Source: Candidatus Lustribacter sp. | GTDB lineage: Bacteria > Vulcanimicrobiota > Vulcanimicrobiia > Vulcanimicrobiales > Vulcanimicrobiaceae | Assembly: GCA_965277805.1 (NCBI GenBank) | Contig: OZ255842.1 | Location: forward strand, 768,001-832,000 | Length of the DNA: 64,000 nt | Direction of reading: 5' to 3' | Shown here: positions 55,938-64,000 of the stretch, piece after piece | Numbering within the stretch: the stretch's first letter is position 1 | Layout of the letters: each line of letters opens with the position of its first letter | Position numbers and translations under genes: made by a program | The notes under the pieces: generated by a model | Databases searched by the model: none | What the model was told of the DNA's origin: nothing | The model's input: the letters and a program-made list of their open reading frames with translations, nothing else

Positions 55938-57029
55938 ATGCCTTTGACTCGCCGCGCCGCTATCGGCGGCGCCTTTGCTGCTGCCGCCGCGACGCAGATC
56001 GGGCCCGCCGGCGCACAGGCCGATGCGTGGAAAGCGCTGATCGCCGCGGCGAAAGCCGAGGGTTCGGTCGTGGTCGACGGGCCGCCGGTCGATCTCGTGC
56101 GCGAACTGTTCACGCAAGGAATGCAGCGCGAGTACGGCATTTCGGTTTCGTACATCCCGAGCGAGAACTCGACCAGCGCCGCGCGTGTGCGCGCCGAGCG
56201 TTCGGCCGGAAAATATTTACTCGACGTGCTCGTCGCCGGCGGAGATACGCCGACCGCAACGTACTTGCCGTCGGGCTGGCTCGACAAACTCGAGCCGTTC
56301 CTGGTCGCGCCCGACGTGATCGACAAACGCAAATGGAAAGACGGCCACATCTGGTGGGAAGAAGATAGCCACTCGATCCTGCGCACGTTGCAGTTCGTCA
56401 CGCCCGAACTCGCGATCAACACCAAACTCGTGAGGCCCGGTGAAATCACGACGTGGAAAGCGCTGCTCGATCCGAAGTGGCAAGGAAAGATCATCGCCAA
56501 GGATCCGGGCACGTCCGGCGCCGGCACCTCGCTGATCGCGATGCTCTACATCACCTTCGGCCCCGATTTCGTGAAGAAGCTCTATCGCGACCAGAAGCCG
56601 GTGATTTCGCGTAACGCGCGCCAAGCGATGGGGTTCCTCGCGCAAGGCGGATACGCGGCGCTGCTCGGCCCTGAGGCGACCGCGATGAATCAGTTTCAGA
56701 AGCAGAATTATCCGATTCAAGCGGTGTTCCCGACCGACGCGCCGAGCATTCTCTCGGGCGGTTACGGGTTGATCTCGCTCGTGAACAAAGCGCCGCATCC
56801 CAACGCCGCGAAGCTGTTCATCAATTGGCTGGCGGGTCCCGGGCCGCAAAAGGCGTTCGCCGAAGCCGTGCAGTCGGTCAGCTTGCGCAACGATATCCAC
56901 TACGAGAATCTGCCGTCGTGGGTGTTTCCGCAAAAGGGCACCAAGTATCTCGATTCCTACGACTGGAAGTTCGTCAACGAGCAGCGCGAGCCCGCGATGG
57001 ACAAAGCGCGCGATCTGCTCGGCGAATAG
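55938..57029 (+). CDS. ABC substrate-binding protein (AfuA/TbpA-like), Tat leader, copy 1
   Basis: TRRAAIG leader; AAKAEGSV; LLDPKWQGK; KAPHPNAAKLFINW. Confidence 0.85.
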   Translation: MPLTRRAAIGGAFAAAAATQIGPAGAQADAWKALIAAAKAEGSVVVDGPPVDLVRELFTQGMQREYGISVSYIPSENSTSAARVRAERSAGKYLLDVLVAGGDTPTATYLPSGWLDKLEPFLVAPDVIDKRKWKDGHIWWEEDSHSILRTLQFVTPELAINTKLVRPGEITTWKALLDPKWQGKIIAKDPGTSGAGTSLIAMLYITFGPDFVKKLYRDQKPVISRNARQAMGFLAQGGYAALLGPEATAMNQFQKQNYPIQAVFPTDAPSILSGGYGLISLVNKAPHPNAAKLFINWLAGPGPQKAFAEAVQSVSLRNDIHYENLPSWVFPQKGTKYLDSYDWKFVNEQREPAMDKARDLLGE

Positions 57030-57038
57030 GAGACGCGC

Positions 57039-58136
57039 ATGCAAGATCACACGCTGAGCCGTCGCGCCGCAATCGCCGGAACGTTGGCGCTGGCTGCCGC
57101 CGCGCAGAGCCCGGTGAGCGCACAGAACGACGCGATGAAAGCGCTCGCCGAAGCGGCCAAGGCCGAAGGGTCGGTGACCGTCGACGGACCGCCGATCGAC
57201 GAGGTGCGCGTCGCGATTACGCAAGGCTTCCAAAGCGCGTACGGCATTCCGGTGACCTACATCAGCAGCGGCAGCTCGGCCAGCGGCGCGCGCGTGCGCG
57301 CCGAACGCGCCGCCGGCAAGTATTTGCTCGACGTGTTCCTGAGCGGCGGCGACACGCCGCCATTGACGTTTCTCCCGTCCGGTTGGCTCGACAAAGTCGA
57401 ACCGGTGCTCGTCGCGCCCGACGTGATCGACAAGCGCAAGTGGAAAGACGGGCATTTGTGGTTCATGGACGACGGCCACTACATCTTGCGCACGCTGCAG
57501 TTCGTCACGCCCGAACTCGTTATCAACACGAAGCTCGCGCCGCCGCGCGAAGTTCGCACGTGGAAGGCGCTGCTCGATCCGAAGTGGCGTGGTAAGATCG
57601 TCGCCAAGGATCCGGGCGTCTCCGGCGCCGGCACGTCGCTGATCTCGATGCTGTACTTGCAATTCGGTCCCGACTTCGTGAAGAAGCTCTACAAGGATCA
57701 GCAGCCCGTGATCTCGCGCGACGGCCGGCAAGCGGCGCAGTTTCTCGCGCAGGGCAGCTACGCGATTCTGCTCGGACCCGACTCAACCGCCGTCGATCAA
57801 TTCCGCCATCAAGGCTATCCGCTCGAGTTCGTCTTCCCGACCGACGCGCCGAGCATTCTCAGCGGCGGCTGGGGCCTGATCTGTCTGATCAACAAAGCGC
57901 CGCACCCGAACGCCGCCAAACTATTCATCAACTGGCTCGCGGGTCGCCAAGGCCAAGAGCCGTTCGCGAAATCCGTGCTCTCCGCGAGCCTGCGCACCGA
58001 CCTGCACTACACCGACATGCCGCCCTGGGTCTTCCCGCAAAAAGGCACCCAATATCTCGACACCTACGACTGGAAATACGTCACCCAAGAACGCGACCCG
58101 GCCCTAGAGAAAGCCCGCGCGCTGTTGGGTGAGTAG
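57039..58136 (+). CDS. ABC substrate-binding protein (AfuA/TbpA-like), Tat leader, copy 2
   Basis: SRRAAIA leader; long blocks identical to copy 1. Confidence 0.85.
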   Translation: MQDHTLSRRAAIAGTLALAAAAQSPVSAQNDAMKALAEAAKAEGSVTVDGPPIDEVRVAITQGFQSAYGIPVTYISSGSSASGARVRAERAAGKYLLDVFLSGGDTPPLTFLPSGWLDKVEPVLVAPDVIDKRKWKDGHLWFMDDGHYILRTLQFVTPELVINTKLAPPREVRTWKALLDPKWRGKIVAKDPGVSGAGTSLISMLYLQFGPDFVKKLYKDQQPVISRDGRQAAQFLAQGSYAILLGPDSTAVDQFRHQGYPLEFVFPTDAPSILSGGWGLICLINKAPHPNAAKLFINWLAGRQGQEPFAKSVLSASLRTDLHYTDMPPWVFPQKGTQYLDTYDWKYVTQERDPALEKARALLGE

Positions 58137-58262
58137 GCTGCGGGCCACCAAAGAGCGGCATATCGTCCTAAGCCGCACACGGCCGCGACGCAGATGCTGG
58201 CCGAGACCCCCTTCCAAAACCCGCGATCTAACCACCCTCACCGCTACGAGCGTGGCATTGGG

Positions 58263-58278
58263 GTTGACAACTGTTAAC
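58263..58278. promoter_or_regulatory. Imperfect palindrome containing TTGACA upstream of HTH-ribBA (candidate operator)
   Basis: GTTGACA-AC-TGTTAAC. Confidence 0.45.
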
Positions 58279-58301
58279 TATTGTGTGGTGTTTATATCCG
58301 T

Positions 58302-59717
58302 ATGGAGAATTTTTCCGCACAACTCCGCACCGCGATGGACGCCGCCGGTCTGTCGGCGGCTGAGCTTGCTTTGAAGACCGGGCTGACCGAAGGCGCGATC
58401 TCCTACCTTCGGGCCGGGCGGCGAGAACCGTCGTTTAAGTCGATCCGCGCGCTCTCGGCGGCCCTGCCGCAACTTGCGGAGCAGTTTTCGGCCCCCCGCA
58501 GCACGATGGATTCGATCGAATCGGCGATCGAGGACATCCGCAACGGCAAGATGGTCATCGTGCTCGACGACGAGGACCGCGAGAACGAAGGCGATGTCGT
58601 GATGGCGGCGGAGAAGGTCACGCCCGAAGCGATCAACTTCATGCGCAAAGAAGCCGGCGGGCTGATCTGCGTTCCGTTGACCGCGGCGCGGCTCGACGAA
58701 CTCCAAATCCCGAACATGGTGCAAGACAACACGGCACCGCTCGGCACCGCGTTCACCGTATCGGTCGAAGCGCGCGGCCGCGTCACCACCGGTATTTCAG
58801 CCGAGGATCGCTCGAATACAATCCTCGCGCTGCTCGATCCCGACGCGACGGCCAAAGATTTCTTGCGTCCCGGCCACACGTTTCCGCTGCGCGCGCGCGA
58901 CGGCGGCGTGCTCGTGCGCATGGGGCAGACCGAAGCATCGGTCGATCTCGCGCGTTTGGCGGGGCTCGCGCCGGCCGGCGTGATCTGCGAGATCATGGAT
59001 GAAGACGGCTCGATGATGCGCTTGCCGCGGCTGCGCGAATTCGCCGCCAAGCATAGCCTCAAGCTCATCACCGTAAAAGATCTGATCGCCTACCGCCTCA
59101 AGCACGAGAAGCTGATCTCGCGCATCGCGGAATTTTCGCTGCCGACGACGTACGGCGAATTCCACGGCGTGGCGTTCCAGTCGCAAGTCGACGAAGTGTG
59201 CCACGTGGCGATGATCATGGGCGATGTCGGCGACGGCAAGGACATCCTCGTTCGCGTGCACAGCGAGTGCTTGACCGGCGATGCGCTGCACTCGATCCGT
59301 TGCGATTGCGCGGCGCAACGTGACGCGGCGCTGGCCGCAATCGCCCAAGAAGGCCGCGGCGTGTTGCTGTATCTGCATCAGGAAGGGCGCGGCATCGGCC
59401 TCGCCAACAAGCTGCGCGCCTACGCGCTGCAAGATCGCGGCGCCGACACGGTCGAAGCGAACATGCTGTTGGGACTGCCGGCCGACAAGCGCGACTACGG
59501 CATCGGCTCGCAGATCCTCGCCGATCTCGGCGTCCGCGAAATGCGGCTGCTCACCAACAACCCGACGAAGATCGCCGGCCTCGAGGGTTTCGGTTTAAAG
59601 ATCGTCGACCGCGTTCCCGTCCATACCGAGCCGACCAAATATAATCTCGCGTACATGAACACGAAGCGCGACAAGATGGGCCATATGTTCACGCCGTCGA
59701 TGTCGGAGCAAGGGTAA
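58302..59717 (+). CDS. ribBA: Bifunctional DHBP synthase/GTP cyclohydrolase II with N-terminal XRE-type HTH
   Basis: GLSAAELALKTGLTEGAISYLRAGRREPS; DDEDRENEGD; RVHSECLTGD...RCDC; QEGRGIG. Confidence 0.93.
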   Translation: MENFSAQLRTAMDAAGLSAAELALKTGLTEGAISYLRAGRREPSFKSIRALSAALPQLAEQFSAPRSTMDSIESAIEDIRNGKMVIVLDDEDRENEGDVVMAAEKVTPEAINFMRKEAGGLICVPLTAARLDELQIPNMVQDNTAPLGTAFTVSVEARGRVTTGISAEDRSNTILALLDPDATAKDFLRPGHTFPLRARDGGVLVRMGQTEASVDLARLAGLAPAGVICEIMDEDGSMMRLPRLREFAAKHSLKLITVKDLIAYRLKHEKLISRIAEFSLPTTYGEFHGVAFQSQVDEVCHVAMIMGDVGDGKDILVRVHSECLTGDALHSIRCDCAAQRDAALAAIAQEGRGVLLYLHQEGRGIGLANKLRAYALQDRGADTVEANMLLGLPADKRDYGIGSQILADLGVREMRLLTNNPTKIAGLEGFGLKIVDRVPVHTEPTKYNLAYMNTKRDKMGHMFTPSMSEQG

Positions 59718-59726
59718 AACGATAGC

Positions 59727-60227
59727 ATGAAGGTCGAGAAGGCGCCGCCTCCGGACGTTTTTCCGGACGCGAAGGGCAAGAAATTCGCCATCATCGTTGC
59801 GACGTTTTATGCCGACCTCGCCGCGTGGCTCGAAGACGGCGCGCGGCGCGGCCTACGCGATTGCGGCGTGGCCGATGATGCGGTGGAGGTCTTCCGGGTT
59901 CCGGGCTGCTTCGAATTGCCGGTGGCCGCGCGGCGCCTGATCCGGGCCGGCGACTACGACGGGATGATCGCGCTCGGCGTCGTGGTGCGCGGCGAAACGC
60001 CCCATTTCGATTACGTTGCCGGCGAGTGTGCCCGCGGGATCATGGATGTCCAGATCGCGAGCGGCGTGCCGATCGGCTTCGGCGTCCTGACCACGGAAAC
60101 GCTCGCACAAGCCGAGGAGCGGGCCGATCCCGCCCGCGGTGACAAAGGCTACGACGCGGCCATCGCAGCCGCCACCGTGGCGGTCATCGAGCCCAAGGTC
60201 GATCGGCCGCGGGTGGGCTTCCGCTAA
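59727..60227 (+). CDS. ribH: 6,7-dimethyl-8-ribityllumazine synthase
   Basis: VPGCFELP, GVVVRGETPHFDYV, FGVLT, KG. Confidence 0.95.
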   Translation: MKVEKAPPPDVFPDAKGKKFAIIVATFYADLAAWLEDGARRGLRDCGVADDAVEVFRVPGCFELPVAARRLIRAGDYDGMIALGVVVRGETPHFDYVAGECARGIMDVQIASGVPIGFGVLTTETLAQAEERADPARGDKGYDAAIAAATVAVIEPKVDRPRVGFR

Positions 60228-60241
60228 TCCCGGCCGACCCG

Positions 60242-60270
60242 TTGTCAAGCGGACCGGCCTAGCATATACT
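60242..60270 (+). promoter_or_regulatory. Sigma70-type promoter
   Basis: TTGTCA-17 bp-TATACT, about 90 bp upstream of the zinc-ribbon gene. Confidence 0.65.
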
Positions 60271-60360
60271 CCGCGTACGGCGGACACCTTAGAGACCGCC
60301 ACATTTCCCCGTTCCGATGGAGGGCTGGGCGCACCAGCTGGGACGTCCGGTCGTAGGCGG

Positions 60361-60660
60361 TTGTACGAAAATAAAACGTTGATTTGCAAAGACTGCGGAG
60401 CTCCGTTCGATTTTACGGTCCGCGATCAGATGTTCTACGCGGAAAAGGGTTTCGAGAACGAACCGCAGCGTTGCCGGGACTGCCGCACGGCGCGAAAATC
60501 GCAGCGTGGTGCCGGAACCGGTGCCGGCGGCCCCCGTGAGATGTTCGATGCGGTCTGCGCCCAGTGTGGCGAGAGCACGACCGTCCCCTTCCGCCCCAGC
60601 GGCGACCGGCCGGTTTATTGCCGAAGCTGCTTCAGCGCCCAAAACGCGGTCCGCGCGTAA
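60361..60660 (+). CDS. Zinc-ribbon / CxxC-x17-CxxC domain protein
   Basis: KTLICKDCG...EPQRCRDCR...CAQCG...VPFRP...PVYCRSCF; TTG start. Confidence 0.9.
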   Translation: MYENKTLICKDCGAPFDFTVRDQMFYAEKGFENEPQRCRDCRTARKSQRGAGTGAGGPREMFDAVCAQCGESTTVPFRPSGDRPVYCRSCFSAQNAVRA

Positions 60661-60690
60661 AGAGAAACCGGATGCCCGGCCGCGAATGCG

Positions 60691-61677
60691 GTGGGAGTGG
60701 AATCGGTTTGGCATGACGGTGACGCCGTCGGGTACCTCGATCAGCGCGCGTTGCCCCAACGGGTCGTGCGCGAGCGAGCGAGCACGGTCGACAAGGTCGT
60801 CGAGGCGATTCGCACCTTGGCCGTGCGCGGCGCGCCGGCGATCGGCATCTTCGGTGCGTACGGGGTCGCCTTAGCGGCGCAGCGGCATTCCGGTGCGGCG
60901 TTCGAGGCTGCCGCGAAGCGCATTCGCGAAGCGCGCCCGACGGCGGTCAACCTCGCGTATGCGGTCGATCGTGTGCTGGCTCGGCCCGATCACGACTATC
61001 TCGCCGAGGCGATCATGATTCACGCCGAACAGCGCGACGTCGATGCGCGCATCGGCCGCTTCGGCGCCGAGGTGCTGCCGCGCAACGGCAACGTGATGAC
61101 GCACTGCAACGCCGGCCCGATCGCGACCGGCGGCGAGGGAACGGCGCTGGCGGCGATCATCGCGGCACACCGCGCCGGCAAGTCGCTGCACGTGTTCGTT
61201 GATGAGACGCGGCCGCTCTTGCAAGGCGCGCGGTTGACGATGTTCGAGCTGCGCGAAGCGGGCGTGCCGTGCACGCTGATCACCGACAGCGCGGCAGCCG
61301 TGACGATGCAGCGCAAGAAGGTCGACGCGGTCGTGGTCGGCGCCGATCGCATCGCGCGCAACGGCGATACGGCCAACAAGATCGGCACCTACGGCGTCGC
61401 GATCATGGCCGCACACCACGGCATTCCCTTCTACGTCGCCGCTCCGCGCACGACGTTCGACTTCGAGATGGCCTCCGGCATGGAAATTCCGATCGAAGAA
61501 CGTTCGCCCGACGAAATTCGCATCACGCCCGACGATCCGGCCTACAATCCGGCCTTCGACGTCACCCCCGGCCGCTTGATCACCGGCATCATCACCGAAT
61601 ACGGCGTCCTGCGGGCGCCGTACGAAGATGCCATCGCCGATCTCGAAACCCGCGCACGTATTCTGTTATCGGCATGA
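60691..61677 (+). CDS. mtnA: S-methyl-5-thioribose-1-phosphate isomerase
   Basis: LDQR, VRGAPAIG, RPTAVNL, THCN, ETRPLLQGARLT, NPAFDVTP. Confidence 0.95.
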   Translation: MGVESVWHDGDAVGYLDQRALPQRVVRERASTVDKVVEAIRTLAVRGAPAIGIFGAYGVALAAQRHSGAAFEAAAKRIREARPTAVNLAYAVDRVLARPDHDYLAEAIMIHAEQRDVDARIGRFGAEVLPRNGNVMTHCNAGPIATGGEGTALAAIIAAHRAGKSLHVFVDETRPLLQGARLTMFELREAGVPCTLITDSAAAVTMQRKKVDAVVVGADRIARNGDTANKIGTYGVAIMAAHHGIPFYVAAPRTTFDFEMASGMEIPIEERSPDEIRITPDDPAYNPAFDVTPGRLITGIITEYGVLRAPYEDAIADLETRARILLSA

Positions 61678-61743
61678 TGATGGAGCGAGCGCAGTCGCAT
61701 TTTGCCCAACCAGTGATGCTCCTTGCGAGCTCGCGTTGGGAGC

Positions 61744-61760
61744 CCCACGCAGAGCGTGGG
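61744..61760. repeat. REP-like intergenic hairpin
   Basis: CCCACGC-AGA-GCGTGGG inside a GC-rich spacer. Confidence 0.4.
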
Positions 61761-61762
61761 CG

Positions 61763-62800
61763 GTGCGGAGCTGGGGGCGGAGCACCTTCAAACTGAAATA
61801 TTACGACTTTCTCGATAAAGAACCGAAGATCGACGGGCTGGTCGTGATCGAGGGGACCGACTCGGTGCTCGCGCAGCGCGCGCTCGATGCGCTGCTCGAC
61901 CGGCTGATGCCGCTCGACATGCGCGCGCTCAACCTCGAGATCATCGACGGGCCGTCGTGCGACGATCTCGCCCGCACGGTGGCCGATTCGGTGGCCGCGA
62001 TGCCGTTTCTCGCCGAGCGGCGCGTCGTGGCCGTGCGCGGCTGCGAGCGGTTGCGCGCGCAGCCGCGGCGCGATCTGTGGGCGGTGGCGGAAGCGGTGCC
62101 GGCCGGCAACACGCTGGTGCTCGAAGATCTGTTTCCGCCCAACAAGAAGACGAAGCCCGAGCCGTTCGGCGTGCTCGCCGGGCGCAAGGCGCTACGCATC
62201 GACACCACGGTCACGGCCGATACGCGCGAGCGGTACATTCACGAAACGCTCGACCGGCTCGGCGCGAAGGCCGAACCGCGCGCGGTCGCCGCGATGGCCG
62301 ACAGCGACGCCGACCTCGGCGCGATCGGCAACGACCTCGAGAAGCTCGCGCTGACCGGCTCGAAGATCACGCTCGCCGACCTCGAGCGTGAATCCCTCGC
62401 GATCGAGGATCCGAAAGCGTGGCACTATGCGAGCGCGCTCGTCGAAGGCCGCGCGGCGGATGCGCTCGCTATCGCGTTCGAACTCTTTGCCAACGATCCG
62501 CGCGGCGCGGCCGTGCCGCTGGTGAGCGCGCTCGCCACCGACTTAGGTCTCATCTGGGAACTCGCCCGGCCCAACGGCAGCCCGCTACCCGGACGCCATC
62601 AGTGGCGCGAACGCACGTTGCGTCCGCTCGCCAAACGCATCGGCGAGCGGCGCGCACGCTATGGCTATACAGCTGCCGTGCGCGGCTTCGAGGCGGTGGT
62701 GACCGGACAAATCGACGATCCGCGCGGCATGATCGAGCTGCTCACCGCCGATATCGCTAGCAAAGTCACGGCGCCGCAACGGCGAACGGTCGCGTCATGA
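61763..62800 (+). CDS. holA: DNA polymerase III delta subunit (start uncertain)
   Basis: LNLEIIDG, AMPFLAERRVVAV, NDLEKLAL...ITLADL. Confidence 0.8.
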   Translation: MRSWGRSTFKLKYYDFLDKEPKIDGLVVIEGTDSVLAQRALDALLDRLMPLDMRALNLEIIDGPSCDDLARTVADSVAAMPFLAERRVVAVRGCERLRAQPRRDLWAVAEAVPAGNTLVLEDLFPPNKKTKPEPFGVLAGRKALRIDTTVTADTRERYIHETLDRLGAKAEPRAVAAMADSDADLGAIGNDLEKLALTGSKITLADLERESLAIEDPKAWHYASALVEGRAADALAIAFELFANDPRGAAVPLVSALATDLGLIWELARPNGSPLPGRHQWRERTLRPLAKRIGERRARYGYTAAVRGFEAVVTGQIDDPRGMIELLTADIASKVTAPQRRTVAS

Positions 62801-64000
62801 ACGAGAAGACGTACGCATCGCCGTACTCCTGGCGATACGGACGCCCCGAACTGCGCGCGCTGTTCTCCGAACACGAGCGCCGCAAACTCTGGCGCGCGGT
62901 CTGGATTGCGCTAGCTGAATCGCAGGCCAAGAGCGGCCTCGTGACGGCGGCGGAAGTCGCCGACCTGCGCGCGCACGGTGAAGACATCGACCTCGAAGCG
63001 GCGCTCGCGATCGAACGCGAAATCGGGCACGACTTGATGGCCGAGATCCGCGTATACGCTTCGCAAGCGACGGTCGGCGGCGGCAAGATCCACCTCGGCG
63101 CGACGTCGATGGACGTCGAAGATACGGTCGAAACGTTCCGCTTGCGCTTGGGCCTGCGCCAGGTGCTTGCGTCGCTCGATGCATTGCTGGCCGCGTTCGT
63201 GCCGCAGATCGAGCGCTATGCCGATCTCGTGTGCATGGGCTACACGCACTTGCAGCCGGCCGAACCGACGACCGTCGGCCATCGTCTCGCGATCTACGCG
63301 CAAGATCTGCTGGTCGATCGCGCGGCGCTGGTGTTCGCCGGCACGCAACTCACGGCGAAGGGCATTCGCGGTGCGGTCGGCACGTCGGCGTCGTACACGC
63401 GGCTGCTTGCCGGCGGCGCGCGCACGGCCGAGATGCAAGAAGCCGAGGTGCTCGGCGCATTCGACCTGGAGGCGCGCGATGTGGCGACGCAGACGTATCC
63501 GCGCAAGCTCGACTACTTGCTGCTCTCGCAACTGGCCGGTGTCGGCGCCTCGCTCTCCAAGTTCGCTTCCGACGTGCGCATCCAGAGTTCGCCCGGGTTC
63601 GGCGAGATGTTCGAGCCGTTCGGTGAGAAGCAAGTCGGCAGCTCGGCGATGCCGTTCAAGCGCAATCCGGTGATGTCGGAGAACATCTGCTCGCTCGCGC
63701 GGTTATTGCCCGCGTTCGCCGACGTCGCTTGGCAGAACGCGGCAACCAACTTTCTCGAACGGACGATCGACGACAGCGGCAACCGGCGCACGATCTTGCC
63801 CGAAGCGATCCTCTGCACGGATCAGATCCTCACGACCGCGCGCAAGATCGTCGAGGGCCTGCGCATCGACGAGCGCAAGGTCGTCGAAAACCTGCGCACC
63901 TACGGCCCGTTTGCCGGCAGCGAGAATGTGCTGATGGAAGCCGCCCGCGCCGGCGGCGACCGCCAGGAACTGCACGAAGCGATTCGCGAGAACGCGATGA
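62797..64000 (+). CDS. purB: Adenylosuccinate lyase (runs off the window)
   Basis: Manual translation from ATG 62797: SPYSWRY...HDLMA...IHLGATSMD...GYTHLQPA...GSSAMPFKRNP. Confidence 0.95.
   Translation, partial: MNEKTYASPYSWRYGRPELRALFSEHERRKLWRAVWIALAESQAKSGLVTAAEVADLRAHGEDIDLEAALAIEREIGHDLMAEIRVYASQATVGGGKIHLGATSMDVEDTVETFRLRLGLRQVLASLDALLAAFVPQIERYADLVCMGYTHLQPAEPTTVGHRLAIYAQDLLVDRAALVFAGTQLTAKGIRGAVGTSASYTRLLAGGARTAEMQEAEVLGAFDLEARDVATQTYPRKLDYLLLSQLAGVGASLSKFASDVRIQSSPGFGEMFEPFGEKQVGSSAMPFKRNPVMSENICSLARLLPAFADVAWQNAATNFLERTIDDSGNRRTILPEAILCTDQILTTARKIVEGLRIDERKVVENLRTYGPFAGSENVLMEAARAGGDRQELHEAIRENAM

Noticed and set aside
58137-58301. FMN riboswitch upstream of ribBA
   Set aside because: Conserved RFN elements (AGGGCGGGGTGAAATTCCC-like) not found
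61678-61790. ncRNA between mtnA and holA
   Set aside because: GC-rich hairpins resemble a REP-like element; single copy here and no known RNA motif recognised
1-64000. CRISPR array, cas genes, rRNA, IS transposase
   Set aside because: No regularly spaced repeats or recognisable motifs seen

Overview
GC-rich bacterial chromosome segment; the gene style suggests a diderm Terrabacteria lineage such as Eremiobacterota, but this is inference only. Layout: (1) 1-18 kb, an NMT1/THI5-type ABC transporter, an amidohydrolase, a GT4+membrane-protein pair, and a TonB-receptor-led nucleoside utilisation locus (PhyH dioxygenase, DeoK-like kinase, nucleosidase, adenosine deaminase, MFS, nucleoside hydrolase, cytidine deaminase). 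(2) 18-35.5 kb, an aromatic/xenobiotic catabolic region (LLM monooxygenase, LigXa-like Rieske oxygenase, dihydrodiol-dehydrogenase-like protein, hydrolases, TetR) with many orphan solute-binding proteins. (3) 35.55-39.95 kb, a decayed lower-GC island integrated in tRNA-Glu (20-bp att repeat, paired TGTGTCA arm sites) encoding an apparently catalytically dead Xer-type recombinase fused to a PLD-like domain. (4) tRNA-Glu and tRNA-Gln, with an HNH endonuclease ORF that starts at a perfect LexA-type box and reads through the whole tRNA-Gln gene. (5) 40.8-64 kb, core genes: sugar nucleotidyl/glycosyltransferases, two tandem PcrA/UvrD helicases (the second with altered ssDNA-contact motifs), dapB-asd-aspartokinase-dapA, comF, riboflavin genes including an XRE-HTH-RibBA fusion, mtnA, holA, purB. 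The best candidates for new biology are the SOS-box/HNH/tRNA overlap, the dead-recombinase-PLD fusion, the asymmetric PcrA pair and the HTH-RibBA fusion. All family calls are by motif recognition; no database searches were run.
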